Shown here: piece by piece, positions 62,522-64,000 of the stretch
Layout: the number at the start of each line of letters is the position of its first letter
How positions within the stretch are numbered: the first letter of the stretch is position 1
NCBI GenBank assembly: GCA_038231435.1
Contig: JBBRLJ010000025.1
Coordinates: 1 to 64,000 of the forward strand
DNA length: 64,000 bases
Source: Planctomycetota bacterium
Lineage (GTDB): Bacteria > Planctomycetota > UBA11346
Direction: 5' to 3'
Position numbers and translations under genes: made by a program
Notes under the pieces: model-generated
The model's database searches: none
Seen by the model: the letters and a program-made list of their open reading frames with translations, nothing else
Told to the model about the DNA's origin: nothing

Positions 62522-62977
62522 TCACTTGAGCCAACCGCTCCGTCGCTGATGGTCGTGGGCGTAGCCGTAGATGATCTGCTGTTTATCCAAGGGCAGCTTC
62601 GCCACGCGTTTCGCCAGGTCGTAGCCCTTCGGATACAGCCTGGTGATGCCGAACCTGCTGGGGGCCTTCATGCGCCGTTCCATGATGCCATCGTGATCGT
62701 CGTCACACTCCGCGGCCACGCTCGAATAGACCGTGCGCTTGGTGGAGTCGGCCAGGCTGTCGTAGAACTTCTCGGCTTCGGCGACCGTGGGATCCATGAC
62801 CGTGGTGTCCACGGGAGCCGCCCCCTCGCCTGCCGGCTTCGTCGCTGTCGTGGGAGTGGCCTCGGCGACCGGGCTGACCCCGACGGCCTCGGCGGCGCGC
62901 ACTTCCCCCTGGGTGAACGCGAGCGACGCGATCACCAGGGCGCCGGCGGCCGCGGCACGCATGACGGCACTGATCAT
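62522..62977 (-). CDS. Hypothetical secreted protein
   Basis: Signal peptide and genome-like codon usage; start uncertain. Confidence 0.55.
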   Translation of the reverse strand: MISAVMRAAAAGALVIASLAFTQGEVRAAEAVGVSPVAEATPTTATKPAGEGAAPVDTTVMDPTVAEAEKFYDSLADSTKRTVYSSVAAECDDDHDGIMERRMKAPSRFGITRLYPKGYDLAKRVAKLPLDKQQIIYGYAHDHQRRSGWLK

Positions 62978-63114
62978 GGATGGGATCACGGCACGGCTCA
63001 CGCAGTCATCGTAGCCATCCGGGCTTCCACGCACCAGCCAAGACTCCGCGCCGGATCGATAGCAACGCCCAGGGTTTGCAGCGAAGACCGGGGGAATCAA
63101 TGCTCCTGGCGGCC

Positions 63115-63753
63115 TCAGCTCAGTTGATAGATGGTCTTGTAGGCGCTCGTCGCCCCCGGAGGCGCCTCGTCGAGTTGCTGGAAGCCCATCCCGGCATGAC
63201 GCGACAGGCCTTCGCGGAATTTGCCGGTCACCAGGATCTCGCCTGCCTTGGCGGTATCCTCGCCGAGCTTGCTGGCGGCGTTGACCTCGGCGCCGAACAC
63301 GTCCTCGTCGCCGATGCGCAGCATCTCGCCAAATCCGAGGCCGACGCACAGCAGGATCTGTTCCTCGGGCAGGATGCCGGCGTTGTACTGCTTGAGCACC
63401 TGCTGCATCGCGATCGCGCATTCCAGGGCCCGGTCTGGCCGGCGGAAGATCACCATCATCGAGTCGGCCTCGACCTTGAGCAGGATGCCATCGTGGCGCT
63501 CGAGCACCGGCGACAGCACGCGCAGCGACTCGTAGATGGTCTGCAGGAAGTGGATGATGCCGAACTGCGCGACCCGGCGCGAGAAGCCAGAGAGATCGGT
63601 GAACATCACCGCGTACGTCTCGCCGAAGAGATCCCAGATGCGCTTGTCGATCGTCGCCTTGTCAGCGCTCGGCTGGGCACGCTCCTCGATCAGCTTCTGG
63701 ATGCGATCGGCCGACGCCGAGTTCGCGAGGGAGCGCACGTAGGGCATGAACAT
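63115..63753 (-). CDS. Stand-alone class III adenylate/guanylate cyclase domain protein
   Basis: VMFTDLSGFS, KVEADS, DVFG.EVN.ASKL. Confidence 0.85.
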   Translation of the reverse strand: MFMPYVRSLANSASADRIQKLIEERAQPSADKATIDKRIWDLFGETYAVMFTDLSGFSRRVAQFGIIHFLQTIYESLRVLSPVLERHDGILLKVEADSMMVIFRRPDRALECAIAMQQVLKQYNAGILPEEQILLCVGLGFGEMLRIGDEDVFGAEVNAASKLGEDTAKAGEILVTGKFREGLSRHAGMGFQQLDEAPPGATSAYKTIYQLS

Positions 63754-63942
63754 GGCGATAGCGTGGGCTCTCGAGGGCGGGAGTCCATGGAGGAAGGAGA
63801 GGTGGGAATGGGAGGATGGGGGAAGGCTCGAAATTCGCTGCGAGCGCGTTGGTGCAACCCCGAAGTCCGTCCGAGGACCGAGTCAGCGGTTCTAGCCTCC
63901 AGGTTTCTCTGCCTCGGGCTGCCTCGGGCGCATTCCCTGGAT

Positions 63943-64000
63943 TCACGCCTCGGGCGACTTGGCCGCCTCGGCTTTCATGAAATCCTCTACTGTCGGCAGC
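63943..64000 (-). CDS. 3' end of a gene entering from the right edge
   Basis: Open frame ...LPTVEDFMKAEAAKSPEA*. Confidence 0.35.
   Translation of the reverse strand, partial: LPTVEDFMKAEAAKSPEA

Noticed and set aside
63115..63753. Pycsar/CBASS-type defence cyclase
   Set aside because: No adjacent TIR or cNMP-binding membrane effector; it looks like an ordinary stand-alone class III cyclase

Overview
High-GC bacterial chromosomal window, most likely Planctomycetota/PVC (it encodes the PVC small basic signature protein, a eukaryote-like Ser/Thr kinase and PA14-domain secreted proteins). Most of it is housekeeping and metabolic genes: cyclophilin, pyrE, bioB, aminotransferase, RsbU/RsbW-like pair, pgpA, ptsH, yacG, dacB, lpxA, queG, thiS, metF, thiG, an ABC transporter, rpsO-pnp, trxA and a sigma-70 factor, plus AraC/PhyH and carbohydrate-active accessory genes. 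I saw no rRNA, tRNA or CRISPR array. The unusual signal is intergenic. (1) Two convergent four-helix-bundle (IVP/Avd-like) genes each follow a conserved branched hairpin leader (GTCAAGGC...CCGCGG-loop-CCGCGG...GCCTTGAC). A third leader copy sits at the left window edge, the cassette is bounded by a 7-bp direct repeat, and an apparent empty-site copy of its flanks lies about 32 kb away. (2) Short 7-nt and 8-nt periodic arrays recur in many spacers, often as inverted pairs. (3) A REP-like cUNCGg hairpin family and a 174-bp-period tandem duplication are present. Other points of note are an intact but apparently catalytically dead Y1/HUH transposase-like ORF, a UxaE-CrcB fusion and a decayed duplicate of an aminotransferase 3' end. 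All functional calls come from motif recognition by eye, with no database searches.
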